From contig NC_043019.1 of the NCBI RefSeq assembly GCF_006345805.1, positions 28,147,360 through 28,211,359 on the forward strand: a stretch of DNA of 64,000 nt, in the 5' to 3' direction. Position 1 is the stretch's first letter. Each line of letters begins with the position of its first letter. Positions 23,851 through 43,665 of the stretch are shown here, in pieces. Position numbers and translations under genes: made by a program. The notes beneath the pieces are model-generated. The model was not told the origin of the DNA. It searched no databases and saw only the letters and a program-made list of their open reading frames with translations. This DNA is from Octopus sinensis (taxonomy: Eukaryota).

Positions 23851-24086
23851 TCTCAGTTTACCTGGAAAGAAACAATGCAGTTATTAATAAGAAAAGTGGA
23901 ATTAATGCTTGCAAGATTTCACAGTTCTAGCATCACACCTTCGTAGTCGGCCTATCCTTGATTACATATATGTGTGTGTACTTACGTATATGTGCATGTA
24001 TATACAATCACACACACACACACACACACTTATGTGTGTATGTATGTATGTATGTATGTATGTATGTATGTATATATGTATGTATG

Positions 24087-24117
<31 letters not shown>

Positions 24118-24297
24118 GTATATATATATGTAAAAAGCACCCACTACACTCACGGAGTGGCTGGCATTAGAAAGGGCATCCAGCCGTAGAAACACTGCCA
24201 GATCAGACTGGGCCTGATGCAGCCTTCTGGCTTCACAGACCCCAGTTGAACCGTCCAACCCATGCTAGCATGGAAAGTGGACGCTAAATGATGATGA

Positions 24298-24334
<37 letters not shown>

Positions 24335-25631
24335 GATGGACCGTTAGCTCCTACACGTATTTTTTTCTCTTTTTGTTTCTCTCCTTGTTTCTTTTCTGTG
24401 TATCTTTCTGTCGAAGAGCGTAGGCTCAAAACGTAAAAGACTTGTTCTATTTCTATTCCTGAGTGCCATACTAATACATTTGTTTGTTTGTACTCCACCT
24501 GCCTTCGTCTTTAGTTTATTTTCATAAACCTTCCCATGTTATATATATATATAAAATATGGGGTTTATTTCACAGTTGATCTAAATGACTAGGTATGCTG
24601 GGTAAGTGCTGTAACAGATAACTAGGTTCCCAAGGTTATAGCCAAGATGGTATTTACGGAGCTATTGTAGATTTCCAATAGAGTGAATATAATTGTTAAA
24701 GAGGACAACAAACGTTAAGGCAAGGCAAATATCTCAAGTTAGGTGTTTTTACTCAATAAACACTCACAACGCTCAGTCCAGGAATTGAAACCACAATCCT
24801 ACGACCGCAAGTCCACTGCTCTAACCACTGGGCCATTGCACCTCCACACTACCTCACCAAATTATATATTATATATATATGAGACCTCTTTCAGTCACAA
24901 CTGACCATGGGATTGCATCTAGAAAGTTACCCTCCCAGGCACAAGTCTGGGCAAGGTTGTTTATGGAAGGCCAGCAGTCGTCCATGCATACAAGCCTCCC
25001 CTCTCCACGCAACCAGTGTTATCCAAGGGAAAGGCAAAGGGGCCGATACAGCTTGGCACCAGTGACATCGCAACTCATTTCTACAGCTGAGTGAACTGGA
25101 GCAATGTGAAATAAAGTGTCTTGCTCAAGAACACAACACACAGCCCAGTTCGGGATTCGAACTCACAACCTCACGATCGTAAGCTCGACGCTCTAACCAC
25201 TGAGCCATGCACCTTCACAAATTATATATTAACATGCTTAGTTTCATGTCATAATCCCTTACTGTTTCATGCTTGACTGCTTGACATCACAAGGTGGCTC
25301 TTTAGTTTTAAACACTGTTAAAAAATGTATCTGTCATAATCCACCCACATTTCTCACGGGCAATTGACTCCATTGCTTATCTTTCAAGTAATGCACTACA
25401 TATTTCGTATTCTGTGAGACCCCAATAAAAAGGATTCTCTAACAGTTATTCACAAATAATTGACTTACCGTTCTCTTGCTTTTATTGCTTTCCTCTTCCC
25501 TTCTTTCATCGTTAATCAGAACATACATACAAAGCTACATACATACATACGCACATACATACATAGGCACATACATACATATGTACGTACATACATACAT
25601 GCATGCATTACTTGAGGCCAGTTGCCCTGCA

Positions 25632-25666
<35 letters not shown>

Positions 25667-26032
25667 CGATGATGACGATGACGATGATGATGGTGGTGGT
25701 GGTGGTGGTGGTGATGGTGGTAGTGGTGGTGGTGATGATGGTGATGATGATAATGATGATGACGACGATGATGACGATGATGACGATGATAACGATGACG
25801 ATGATGATGGTGGTGGTGGTGATGGTGGTGGTGGTGGTGATGATGATGATGACGATGGTGGTGGTAGTGGTGGTGGTGGTGGTGATTATGATGGTGATGA
25901 TGATAATGATGATAACGACGATGATGATGATGACGATGATGATGGTGGTGGTGTTGGTGGTGTTGGTGGTGGTGGTGGTGATGATGGTGATGATGATGAT
26001 GATGATGAGTGTTGTTGTTGTTGTTGTTGCTA
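25632..26032. repeat. Compound trinucleotide array (GAT/GAC/GGT)n then (GTT)n
   Basis: Visible directly; explains the spurious poly-D/G/H/M/V ORFs. Confidence 0.95.
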
Positions 26033-26470
26033 TTAGGCAATGAGCTGGCAGAACTGGACAAAATGCTTAGTAGCTTAGCAACATTTCATTTTGCCCCTCA
26101 TTTCATTCTGAGTTCAACTTCCACTGAAATCAACTTTGCCTTTCATCTAATTGGGGTTGATAAAATAAGTATCATTTGAGTACCGGAGTCAATGTAACCG
26201 ACTAACCCTTCTTCCCACAAATTGCAGGCCTTGTGCTTATAAAAGAAAGGATTATTATTAATTAACATTACTAGCTGGTTAGCATATTAATATTATTAAT
26301 GATTATATTCCGCTGAGGTTGACTTTACCTTTCATTTTTTCGGGGTCAATAAATTAAGTACCAGTTGCGTACTGGAGTCAATCTAATTGACTGAACCCCC
26401 TTCCCCAAAATTTCAGGCCTTGTGCCTAGAGTAGAAAACAATATTATTGATGACGACTATTATTATTATA

Positions 26471-26616
26471 CATGGGTTGGACGATTTGACTGAGGACTGG
26501 CGAACCAGATGGCTGCACCAGGCTCCAATTTTGATCTAGAAACTCTGCCAGATCAAGATTGGAGCCTGGTGCAGCCATCTGGTTCGCCAGTCCTCAGTCA
26601 AATCGTCCAACCCATG
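26471..26616. repeat. 67-bp near-perfect inverted repeat (1 mismatch, 12-nt loop)
   Basis: Arms 26471-26537 and 26550-26616 are reverse complements except for one base. Confidence 0.9.
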
Positions 26617-29579
26617 CTAGCATGGAAAGCGGACGTTAAACGATGATGATGATGATGATGATGATGAGGATGAAGAGAAAGTACTTGCAACAACAGTCAT
26701 CGATTGTTGCTATTGATCCAAACACTTATTTCTTTGCACATCCACTTTTGTGTTGTTTAATTGTTCTACATGCTGAGAAACAATTGCAACATCAATTAAT
26801 TTGCTGCTTAACGATTGTGGCTATGGAAGCTGGATTTCTAGATTCATTTTGCTCTTACTCATCATCATCATCATCACTACCAGAAAGAATTCATCCCTCC
26901 CCAACTTGCTGCAAATTTCTTTTTTGCAAAATGACCAGATAAAAATAAGTGTCCTGGACAGTGCTGCCTCAGGCCCTGGGGCTCATAGGGCTGCTTACCT
27001 GGTTTCCCTGGCGTACAAGTGGCCAAGATCACAACACTTTACATGTGGTCTTGGGAATTTTTCAAAGGGAGGGCACAAGGTCAGAAGGGAATACAATTCC
27101 TGGAGAAAAGGATGTAATAACATTATTTAGAAGGGTGCACTTCTTTTCTTGAGGTGGGCACACGTGCCCCTCAGGCCTCCCCACTCTTGGGTCTACCCCT
27201 GTACTTCCCCTAAATGGAATATCATTCCATCCCAGGGTCACTCCTTTATAGCTGAGGGGGACTGGAGCAACATGAAATGAAGAGTTTTGCTCAAGAACAC
27301 ATTGCACTACCTGTCCTGGGATTGAAACCAAGATTGCAAAAGCATAAGTTCAACACCTTAACCACTTGGCCAAGCATCTTCACAAAAGATCTGGTAGTTG
27401 ATCTCCAAATAGACATCATCATCATCACCATCACCATCATCATCATCACCATCATCACCACTACCACCACCACCGCCGCCGCCGCCACCACCACCACCAC
27501 CACCATCACCATCATCATTTAACGTCTGTTGTCCATGCTGGTATGGGTTGGATGGTTTGACCAGGGCTGGTAAGCTGGAAGGCTGCACCAGACTCCAGTC
27601 TGAATTGACATGGTTTTGTACAGCTGGATGCCCTTCCTAATGCCAACCACTCTGAGAGTGCAATGGGTGCTTTTATGTGCCACCGGCATGGGTGTCATTT
27701 GTGTGACACTGGGGTACTTTTATGTGTCACCAGCATGGGTGCCAATTTGCGTGACACTGGTATCTGCCACGACTGCAATTTTGCTCGGCTTGATGGCTCT
27801 TCTTCTCAAGCATGATATAATGCCAAAGGTCTTGGTCATTACCTCTGTGAGGCCCAACACTCAAAAGGAACCTCAGCCACTTTGCCTCTGGGAGGCCCTA
27901 CACTTGAAAGGAACTCAGCTACTTTGTCTCCATGAGGCCCAGTGCTTCTTCTTTATTAGATAGATTTAAACACACATTTGTGGCAAGCCCTCTTTTTGTG
28001 TGGCATTAGAGATGCAGATAACATAGCAAATTGTAGCATAAAAGACTATATCTGGTTCCACTTGTGATTTGAACTCATATCTTCAAAATTTGACTCCTTG
28101 CTTGAATTAAAAACACTGTGTAACACGATTTTCGTCCTTGGATAGCAACTGTTATTGCTTACCCTAAGAAAGAATGAAAAATGGTTTATATTTCCTTCAA
28201 ACTTTGCTTTTGGGACATTTATTTAAACCCCAAAGAATCCCTCTCAACACATGGCTATGATCAGTGGCTGACTGGGTCTGAAAATATTGGTTGCCAGGAG
28301 ACTAAGTGGGGGAAGGCTACCCGCAACTATAATACCTGCAACAACAATAGTATGATTTTTAACTGTCTACAAACACAGTCAAGTTGAAATAATTAACACA
28401 TTCTTCCAGAAGTGAATAAAAAAATTAGATACTAACATGGGGTCCCATATATGCCCTTTGTCATTGGGCAAGCTGGCAACCTGGCCAGTCCACCACTGGC
28501 TATGATGCTCCCCACTACTCCTGTTCATGATCAGAGATGCACATATTGTCGGCTATTGGGGACATGCTCAAGTGGTCAATGTCAAACAATTGTCAAGCAA
28601 ATCTGTGGTGTTGAGCAGAATATTTGCTATAATGATATTTCTGCTTCAGCAAAGCAGTGCTGAATCTGTCTGAAATATAAGTGGAAAATAGATCAGTTTC
28701 AAAATATTGATGTCCAGGTCAGAAAAGCAAAGTTTGAAGAGAATAGTTGTCATTTTCTTTGATTTCTCAATAGAAGCAAATAAGAAATATCACTTACTGA
28801 CCAAAGACAAAAATCATCGTTTAATGTCTGCTTTCCATGTTAGCATTGGTTGGACGGTTCGACTGGGGTCTGGGAAGCCAGGAGGCTGCACCAGGCCCAG
28901 TCTGATCTGGCAGTGTTTCTACAGCTGGATGCCCTTCCTAATGCCAACCACTCCATGAATGTAGTGGGTGCTTTTTACGTGCCTCCGGCACAGGTGCCAG
29001 GCAAGTCTGGCAATGACACGATTGGTTGGTGCTTTTTACGTGCCACCGGCATGGAGGCCAGTCGGGGCGGTGCAAGCAACAGCCACATTCGGATACCACC
29101 GGCACTGGTATCAAAACTACAATTTCCATTGATTTTTGAGCGATTTCGATTTCACTTGCCTCAACAGGTCTTTGCAAGCAGAGTTTTGTGTCCCAAGAAG
29201 GAAAAATAATTAAATAAATAAATAAATAAATAAAAATTTTGTGACACAGTGTAGTACTCAGATGATGTGTAATTTTGTAGCTGAGGCATGCAAGTAGCAG
29301 GTCTACATTTAACATAACTTTGGTTAAATAGACAGAAATAAATAGGTAGATGGTTAAATGGATGGATACATGGATGGGTAACTGTATAATTTTGTGATTA
29401 GAATAAAATGAAGGTTTGTTCAGTTTAATTTGTCATTCAGTATGATTACATGTGAGCGGTATGCTAATTGAGCCGGCATAACAGTTTGTATGGGAAAAAA
29501 ATGAACTTCAGTGAAGCATTCTTATAAATATAGGACAGGTTATAGGGTCTAGAAATTTTGTTACTAATTGAAGAATTTG

Positions 29580-30035
29580 TGGGGATGAAGATAATATAAT
29601 AATAATGAAATTATTGTATACAGTGCTCAGGTGCACCACAACTTGTCAGAAAGTGCATATAAAGTACATGCAGTAGTGTAGAAATGTCTGGAAAGTGAAC
29701 ATGCTTGTGTGTGTATGGAGGGGAGAAAATCAAGTGTAGTGTTGGCGAATCTCAGGAAGCATGGAAGTCTTGAAGGAAGCAGTGCTCCGACAACTAACAA
29801 CCGATGTTAGCAGTTTGTTCCATGCTTCAGCAACTCTCAGCGTGAAAAAATGTTTCCTGAAGTCATGGGAGCTGTGCTGTTTTCTTACTTTGTAAATATG
29901 TCCACGGGTGTTAGATGGGTGGAGTTTGAAGAGGTGCTCAGAGTTATTGTTTGTGCGATGGTTGATAATTTTATAATGGTAGTTAAGGGTATTTCCTGTG
30001 ATAGGAGAGAGTGTGCTCAATTTGAACAATCTGGT
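29580..30035 (-). mobile_element. CR1/L2-clade LINE 3' fragment
   Basis: NTRGHIYKVRK..FRKHFFTLRVAEAWNKL is the typical CR1-group RT C-terminus; followed by a 3'UTR and an ATT-repeat tail. Confidence 0.8.
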
Positions 30036-31795
30036 TTTTTACCATATATCTTTTACTTGTTTTGGTCATTGGACTGTGGCCATGCTGGGGCACAACCTCA
30101 AAGTGTTTTAGTCAAACCAAATATTTTTAAAGCCTGGTACTTATTCTTTTGGTCTCTTGTACCAAATGGCTAAGTCATGGGGGTATAAACAAACTAACAC
30201 TGGTTGTCAAGTAGTGGTGGGGGACAAACACAAAGATACACATACATAGATACATACATTTATATAGAATGGGCTTCTTTCAGTTTCCATTAATCTAATC
30301 CATTTACAAATCTTTGGTTGACCTTGGGTTATAGTAGAAGATACTTGACCAAGGTACCACACTGTGGGATTGAATTTGGAACCAGCCTCACCTGCACATT
30401 TTCTTTAAGAAAATCTTCCAAATTTGTTAAGAAAATGGTCTGAGCTTAAACAGAAGTGGAGACCTGCTTCATAATTATTCCCAATAATTAGTATGGCTAA
30501 GTCATTGGTGAACGGTACGGGGGGGGGGGAGTCTCCAGTAAATATAGTTCTACCAGAGTTGGAGTGAGGATTACTGAAGAATGTTGAAGAAGGTGATTTT
30601 CTTAGTTATTGCGTACCTGGCTGCGTGGTAAGAAGTAATTTTATGTTGGTTGGATGATGGAGCAGAGGCAGTGATAGTTTGGTAAATGCTGGATTTGGTG
30701 ATAAGAAAATGATCCAGGCTTGACTTTAAACTGCATCCAAGGAGTTCCAGGGTTTTGAGGAGAGTGTAACCACCTTCTAGTCACTGTTGTTCTTGGGTCT
30801 ACTCTGACCTGGAATAGTAGCATCTGTCAGGGTCCCAAATATGTGTTAAATAACAGGTAACCATGCAAACCAGGGTACATTGAAACCATGGGCGAGCTGG
30901 CAGAAACGCTAGCACGCCGGGCGAAATGCATAGCCGTATTTCATCTGCCGTTACGCACTGAGTTCAAATTCCGCCGAGGTCGACTTTGCCTTTCATCCTT
31001 TCGAGGTTGATTAAATAAGTACCAGTTATGCACAATTTGGGTGCTGTTAAATTTCATTAAAATTTAATTATAGGTGGTGGTGTGTGGAGGGGTGGAAGAG
31101 AAAGAGACTAATGGTCTTGATTTATTATCACCCAATACTTCAATACCAGTAAAAAAAATCAGCTGGGTGTCAATTATTGTGAGTTGGCCTAATGAAATTC
31201 TATTCTTGCAATGATGTCTGTCAGGCAGTGCCAGTCTAAAGGCCAGGGCCGACACTATTTAGGGTTCCAATGCTAATTTATGTATGATAAGGCTTGTTGT
31301 TAGTAAATAAGTGTAGGAGCTCAAGTACATTACTTCGCCCAGAGTGCTCTAATACTGCCTTGTGGCCTTGAAATCAAGAGTTGGATGGGATGAAGTTATG
31401 GGATTATGCACCAGTCAGTTGGGTAGCTACCCCAGTCTGTTAACCGTGATTTTGAATCCATGAAATATCTAGCTGGGAATCTTTTACATCTGTACCCTCT
31501 AGCAAATAGTGGCATTATGTAAAGAGAAGAGTGAGGATGTTTGAATGGTGTAATAGTGTGAACTCTTTAAAAGTTAACAGGTGCTGGTTTGGAGGCATAA
31601 TAGGTTCTGCTGGTCAATGGTCAGGATCTTTTGTCAACCAGCACAGGCTTTTATGCCTCCAAACTAGGGCCTGTTAGTCCCACATGGTTTGATTTTCAGT
31701 TAGAACTTCAGCATAATTCGAATTATCTGTTGTTGGAGTCTGTTTGCTTAACAGATGTAACATGAATTAGTTAAGTGAATTGAGTAATTAAGCAG

Positions 31796-31799
<4 letters not shown>

Positions 31800-31872
<73 letters not shown>
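31800..31872. repeat. (GA)n microsatellite upstream of FABP-like A
   Basis: About 36 GA units. Confidence 0.95.
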
Positions 31873-31875
<3 letters not shown>

Positions 31876-32093
31876 TGAATGAAATATATATATACATATA
31901 TATAATGGTAATAAGAATATTTAGAAAGAAATTATGTATTTCTCTTGTCTACACACTCTACTAACTTTATTGTTACTTCTTGTTTTAGTTTGTTGATCTA
32001 CAATATTAATTACTCAAGTGATTCAAGTAATTAACAGCACTTAGAGAAAGAAGGAGAGGGAAGAAGAGAGAAAGAAAAAGTAAAAACAAAATA

Positions 32094-32154
<61 letters not shown>

Positions 32155-32291
32155 AAAAAAAAAACATTTGGGGTGTATGATGAATGAGAAGTGATATTAA
32201 TTGTATGTGGTTACACCCTGTTATTCTCCATACTTATAATTATAAACGCCTGAAGAAGCTTGGTAAGTTTTATATATTCCACAGAAGCTGG

Positions 32292-32299
32292 TATAAAAG
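32292..32299 (+). promoter_or_regulatory. TATA box of FABP-like A
   Basis: Consensus TATAAAAG about 130 nt upstream of the ATG. Confidence 0.6.
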
Positions 32300-32422
32300 C
32301 AATTGAATCAACAACTGATACATAGTGTTCGTTATTGTCACTCTGACAATACAATAGGATTCTCTCTCTCTCTCTGTATATATATATTTAAATATTATAT
32401 CATATAATAAAAAATAATAACT

Positions 32423-38027
<5,605 letters not shown>

Positions 38028-38397
38028 GAATTAAGGAGAAAATGAAATTGGAAAAAAAAAACACATTTGCAAACACCAACATAGTATAGAAATTTCTAAC
38101 CGGAGAGTTGACTAAAATAATCCATAATCCAAGTATTTTATCGACACATATTACAATAATCCAGAAAAATAAACGACAAAACCAGATCTGGAAAGAAAAA
38201 ATAATGGGACAAAATACTGCAAGACCATTTTGTTTGTTGTTTTGTTGATTCTAAAAACAAGAATAATTGTAATATCAACATCATGTCACTTTGAATAAAA
38301 GAAGCAATTAAATTGTGAATTATACGAGTTTTTTTCAAATTTTATTTATATTATTTTGATTTTTCTTCTTGTTTGCTAACTAGAACAGTATTTATGA

Positions 38398-38625
38398 AGG
38401 CTGCGAGCTGGCAGAAACGTTAGCACGCCGGGCGAAATGCTTAGCGGTATTTCGTCTGCGTGACGTTGTGAGTTCAAATTCCGCCGAGGTCGACTTTGCC
38501 TTTCATCCTCGGGGTTGATAAATTAAGTACCAGTTACGCACTGGTGTCGATGTAATCGACTTAATACCTATGTGTCCTTGTTTGTCCCCTCTGTGTTTAG
38601 CCCCTTGTGGGTAATAAAGAAATAA
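38398..38625 (+). mobile_element. SINE family A, full-length copy downstream of FABP-like A
   Basis: High similarity to the other family A copies. Confidence 0.85.
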
Positions 38626-39189
38626 GTATTTATGAATTCATTTTATTTTAATTGTTAAAGATGAGAAGTTCTCTATCTCATTAAACTTTTCCATCTTCCT
38701 GTCTATGTAATCTACGGAAACATGGTGCAGTGTTTTCCATCCATTCCTCAAAAATCACTGATTCTACCAAACCACTATCACCCTTACTAATAACATCTCA
38801 TTAATATGATAAAGTCAAATGATTGGAGAGCTAAACACGAAATTGTTAGTAAGGTTCTTTTACGGAAGCCTACAGAAGGAAGAGCTAGCAGGGGATGACA
38901 GGCCAAGACTTATACCAAGAAAATTTTTGATGACAAACTGTGACCCCTCTGACCTGTTGCATATGGTGAACAATAGAACTGGATGATGATAGAAAGTCTA
39001 GGGTATCTGTGCAAGCTGTGTGACTGAATGATGGAGATGAGATATGGTAGTGATGGTCATGAACAGCTTCCTCTTTCAACATCTCATATAAATTCTCTCC
39101 CCTCTCCTTTCCTCTTTCTTGCTCTCCCCCTCTCCCATCTTCTCTCTCTCCCTTCCCTCTATCTTGCTCCCCTCTCTCTATCTCCACCC

Positions 39190-39650
39190 CACCCGGTCAG
39201 TCTTCAGTTTCCATTAGCATCCAACCTACAAAAGACCTTCTCTTCCACATCACTCCACAACAGTCTCTTTCTCTTAAGAACCCTAACTGAAGCACTAGTA
39301 TTGTCCTTGACATAAGAAAAAGCCTTCCACCATGTCTTGCATGAGGAATTCCCTACTCAAAGAATTCCTTGCTAATGGTCTCCATCACTCTGCCAAATAT
39401 GCAGCCCAGTTTAGCACAACCACCTTGGCTTTGCAACTATTCAGACCATATTCTTGCTTCACTTCCTGCCAATTGTTTTCCCTGCAGGCATTAACTTCAA
39501 GATGTCCAGATTAGACATCAACCACATCAACCTCGCTAATCTACAAAAGTTATGGGGCACTGTCCCAGTTTTCTGTCAGTCTGTTCCTTTGCATGATGCC
39601 CTACACAAACGACTCTCTAATGCTCAGTCTATCAACTCTCCGGCATAATT
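39190..39650 (-). mobile_element. Degraded LINE 3' end (L1/Tx1-like)
   Basis: Decayed RT C-terminal-like coding on the minus strand; the same terminal sequence recurs in opposite orientation at about 42470-42540. Confidence 0.35.
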
Positions 39651-39678
39651 GAAGGTTTCAATGTTTCACACCTTTCTC

Positions 39679-39710
<32 letters not shown>

Positions 39711-40228
39711 CACCACCATCACCACCACCGCAACAGAATTGGCCTCCTAAAACCAAGGTGCCACGTAAAAAATATTGGTGTGGGTGCTGGTGGCATGTAA
39801 AAAGCACTGGTGATGGTGCCATGCAAGAAACTCCCAGGACATTCCATGTAGTGGTTGGCATTAGGAAGGGAATCCAGCCATAGAAACCAAACCATAACAG
39901 ACTATGGAACCTGGTGTGGTGCCTGGCCTTGCCAGTTCCCGTCATGCTCTCCAATCCATGCCAGCATGGAAAACAGACATTAGATGTTGATAATGATGAT
40001 GATGTTGATGATGATAATGAATAACTATGAGGGGCACAGTAGAGTAAAATAGAACTCAAACGGGACCATGGGCAAAAAATGGTTGAGATCCACTGGACTA
40101 AAGCAAGGGGAGTTATCTGTGTTATTGATGGACATAACAGAAAGCTTCTAGTTAGGATTGAACTCATGAATTTATTGTCCATTGTCTACCATCACTTAAG
40201 CTCGCAGCTGTTGTGCATAATATTTTAT

Positions 40229-40610
40229 ATAACTCTGAGCACCTTTTCAAACTCGACCTGTCTAACACCTGTGGACATGTTTACAAAGTCAGAAAACAGC
40301 ACAGCTCCCATGACTTTCGGAAACATTTTTTCACGCTGAGAGTTGCTGAAGCATGGAACAGACTGCCGGCATCAGTTGTTAGTTGTCGGAGCACTGCATC
40401 CTTCAAAACTTCCATGCTTCCTGAGATTTGCCAACACTACACCTGATTTTCTCCCCTCCATACACACGCAAGCATGCATCTGACTCATACACTGTTCACT
40501 GTCCAGACATTTGTACATTACTGCATATGCTTTATATGCACTTTTGACAAGTTGTGGTGCACCTGAGCACTGTATACAATAATTTCATTATATATTATAT
40601 TATATTTGAT
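40229..40610 (+). mobile_element. CR1/L2-clade LINE 3' fragment (second copy, opposite orientation)
   Basis: Same peptide (FRKHFFTLRVAEAWNRL) and 3'UTR as 29580-30035; roughly 90% identical by eye. Confidence 0.8.
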
Positions 40611-40944
40611 TTATAGTTTTATTATTAATTGATGATGTGCAAACAAATGTAAAGAGGTGCATTTTATAATGTAGAATTATTGGCAGATGATAGATCATTT
40701 TCATCATTTGTTAACATCTATTTTTCCATGCTTGCATGGGTCAGATGGAAATGGTTGAGGCAGATTTCCTAGAAGACTGAATGCTTTCCCTGTCACCAAC
40801 CTTCATCTGTTTCCAGGTAGGACATTATTTACACATGACCAGACATATTTTTACTGCAGGCTGGAAACAATAGAGTCTGCCTATATGATGGTGAGAAGGA
40901 GACACAAGCACACACACAAACACATATACACATGCACATACACG

Positions 40945-41280
40945 GCTCGGCTTTGCGAACGAAGATCAGGAAGGCTGTCCACGTCGTGTGCATGCACGCT
41001 CATGACTGACAAGTCCGATATGGGAAAGGCAGGTCTGTGAGCAGTGTCCACAGACGAAGGTAACATCCAGTGTGGTGTCAGAGGTGGCTCGCGTCTTCCT
41101 CCTGCGTCTCTTGTCTTTAAGTGCGTCTCTTCTTTGTTCTTCAAACGTGCTGACTGTGTTGAAGATTGTGTGGCGCCAGACATCACGGTCTGCAGCCAGG
41201 TCTGACCAGCATTGGTGGTTAATTTGACATGCTGTTAGAGACTTCTTGAGGCAGTCTTTGTAGCACTTCCTCAGAGCTAC
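40945..41280 (-). mobile_element. RTE (BovB-like) LINE 3' fragment
   Basis: YKDCLKKSL..W..LAADRDVWR..FEEQR..KRRRRK..FVCGHCSQTCLSHIGLVSHERAC, the characteristic RTE ORF C-terminus with a CCHC/C2H2-like knuckle. Confidence 0.8.
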
Positions 41281-42164
41281 ACATACATACAGGCATACAA
41301 ATATATATGCATACACACACACACACATACATACATATTTTAGAAGTTATTTCATGTTAAAGTTGTTGTATTTGGTTTATTTTGCAGACTTATAGCTCTA
41401 TAGGTCTTTTAAACACTGGTGTGCTTTATGTGCAGATAAAACACCGATGTTGGGCAAACGAATAAAAATATGCAAATAATATTTGTTCCTTGTTGATGTT
41501 GATTCTTCAGTGTTTACTGGTTACTCTGATGCAAGAACCCCCCCCCAAAAAAAAGCATGTAATATGCAACACAGGCAGTAAACAATAAATAAAACAGAAC
41601 AGAGTGGTGACATTTCGTAGAGATGACCTGGAAGTTGTTGCTCTTTGATTACTATCGCAAACAGCAATAACTTTTTTCAACTGAAAGCACGTCATTGATT
41701 GGTTGAAATTATCCAAATACGAAAACTTTAACATGAAATAATTTCTAAAATACCAAATTTTGTCAAAACTGTTCAAAGTAAACCATGTTCTGCATAATAC
41801 ATTCCACCAGTATACGAAGTTTCAAACTGTTTAGTTAGAAGAAAATTAATTAAAAAATCTGTGAGCCAAACTGAATAGATCCGACTCGTCCAGTCCACTG
41901 ACAATTACATGCAGGGATGTCAGTTCATTCCACAATGCAATTATAAGCTGGTTAAAATAGCCTGTTCTACTGAGAATGAATCTGAAATGCATGAAATGAA
42001 ATTTTAGCAAAAGCCGGATAGATTTTCATAATAGATGCTATTGCATTGCATTCATCTTCATCATTACTTCATCAGTACTTTGAATCCATGCTGCTAAACA
42101 TTTCTTGTCACAGTTGACTACTTGAGTTTCAGAATGCAGTCGCAATGTGAAGACAATATGGAAG

Positions 42165-42420
42165 CTCATAATGGAAAAAAAGTTTTGTGTTAAACTGGGT
42201 GAAAATGCCACAGAAACCTATGAAATGCTCCAGACCGCTTATGGATTAAATTGTATGAGCTGAGCATCTGTTTTTCAGTGGTACAAGAGACCAGGCTCTG
42301 TAAGTTCACTGGGAAGTTAACGATCCACTGGGTTCCCTCAGGCCTGACAGTCAACAAAGAGTACTTTGTGGAGGTTTTGAGGGAGTTCAGGAAGAGATTT
42401 TTTCATGCAAGGCCCAAGCA
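42165..42420 (+). pseudogene. Internally deleted mariner transposase remnant
   Basis: KFCVKLGENATETYEMLQTAYG (N-terminal HTH) fused to WVPSGLTVNKEYFVEVLREFRKR (catalytic-domain segment). Confidence 0.75.
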
Positions 42421-42728
42421 CCTGAACCAGTCTGCAATTCCATCCTGGTAACCAACCACTTGACAGAAACCACTGCAGTGTGATGTAGAGGAGAAAGTCT
42501 TTGGTAGATTGGATGCTAATGGAAACTGAAGACTGACAAAGATAGACAGATAGATAATTTTCTTTATGGGCCACACAGGGCTGAATACAGAGGGGACAAA
42601 TACAAATGTTGAGCTTTTCTTTTCGAAGATGGAAAAAGAAAAAAGGAATGAAAAAGGAAACAAATGTAAAATTCCGATCAAAAGGGATCGGGGGAAAGAG
42701 AAAAAAGGCAATCAAAAGGGATTGTGTT

Positions 42729-42729
<1 letters not shown>

Positions 42730-42786
<57 letters not shown>

Positions 42787-42820
42787 CAGATAGATAGATA
42801 GACAGATAGAGAGAGAGAGG
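42730..42820. repeat. (GATA)n microsatellite
   Basis: Visible directly. Confidence 0.95.
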
Positions 42821-43194
42821 TTATATAAGATATTGAAGGAAAAAGTTATTCATGACCATCTCTATTGTATTAATAGGTGAAGGTGATGATAGAGGTTTGG
42901 TAGTTGGAAGAATCTGTGATTTTGGGATGGAAGATGCTGCACCATGTTTCCATAGATTGGCACTGACAGGAAGACAGAAAAGTTTAATGAGTAAGAGAAC
43001 TTCAAGCTGCTAACAAATAAAACAAGAGCACTCAGAGAGCACAAACCTCCGCCAAGGCAACATCAACGTCCTCTCAATGATTAACCAGGGATGACTTTTA
43101 AAATGAGAATATCTGAAATAAACTCGACTGCTCTCACAAATGAGAATATTAAAAACGAACCCAACTACTCTCAAAAATTAAGTAAAAAAACAGG

Positions 43195-43665
43195 GAAAAT
43201 AATTCAGAATCTTTGTCTGGTACTGGATCGATCCCAAAATCTAATCAGTTCATGCCAGTCAAGAGGCCAAACATTGCCGAAAGTTTCATCCGAATCCATC
43301 CAGCGGTTCTTGAGATAACTTGTCCACAGACAAATAAACAAACACAACTGAAAAACAATACCTCCACCTTCGCTAAGGCAGAGGTAATGAATTAAGGGAA
43401 ATAACTCAAATGGAGTCAATAACATGAATTTACAATTATGGAGTTATAAAAAGCTATGATTAATATTTTGATAAATGAATAATCCAGAATCCTGGTCTGG
43501 CACCAGAACAATCCCAAAAATCTAATCAGTTCATGCCAGTCAAGAGGCCAAACATCTCTGAAAGTTTCCTCTGAATCCATCCAGTGGTTCTTGAGATATC
43601 TTGTCCATGGACAAACAAGTACAACTGAAAACAATACCTCTGCCTTCGCTATGGCGAAGGAAATA
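43195..43665. repeat. Two tandem copies (~190 bp) of an interspersed repeat ending in a short palindrome
   Basis: AATCTAATCAGTTCATGCCAGTCAAGAGGCCAAACAT..CTGAAAA(A)CAATACCTC repeated at about 43200-43390 and 43480-43665; CCTTCGC-TAT-GGCGAAGG hairpin at the end of the second copy. Confidence 0.7.

Noticed and set aside
25476-26061. Long Asp/Gly-, His- and Met/Val-rich ORFs (146-186 aa)
   Set aside because: All are readings of one trinucleotide mosaic; no splice context or unique coding sequence.
28676-28717. KWKIDQFQNID, a possible third FABP exon 1
   Set aside because: In-frame stop just upstream, no ATG, and no matching downstream exons.
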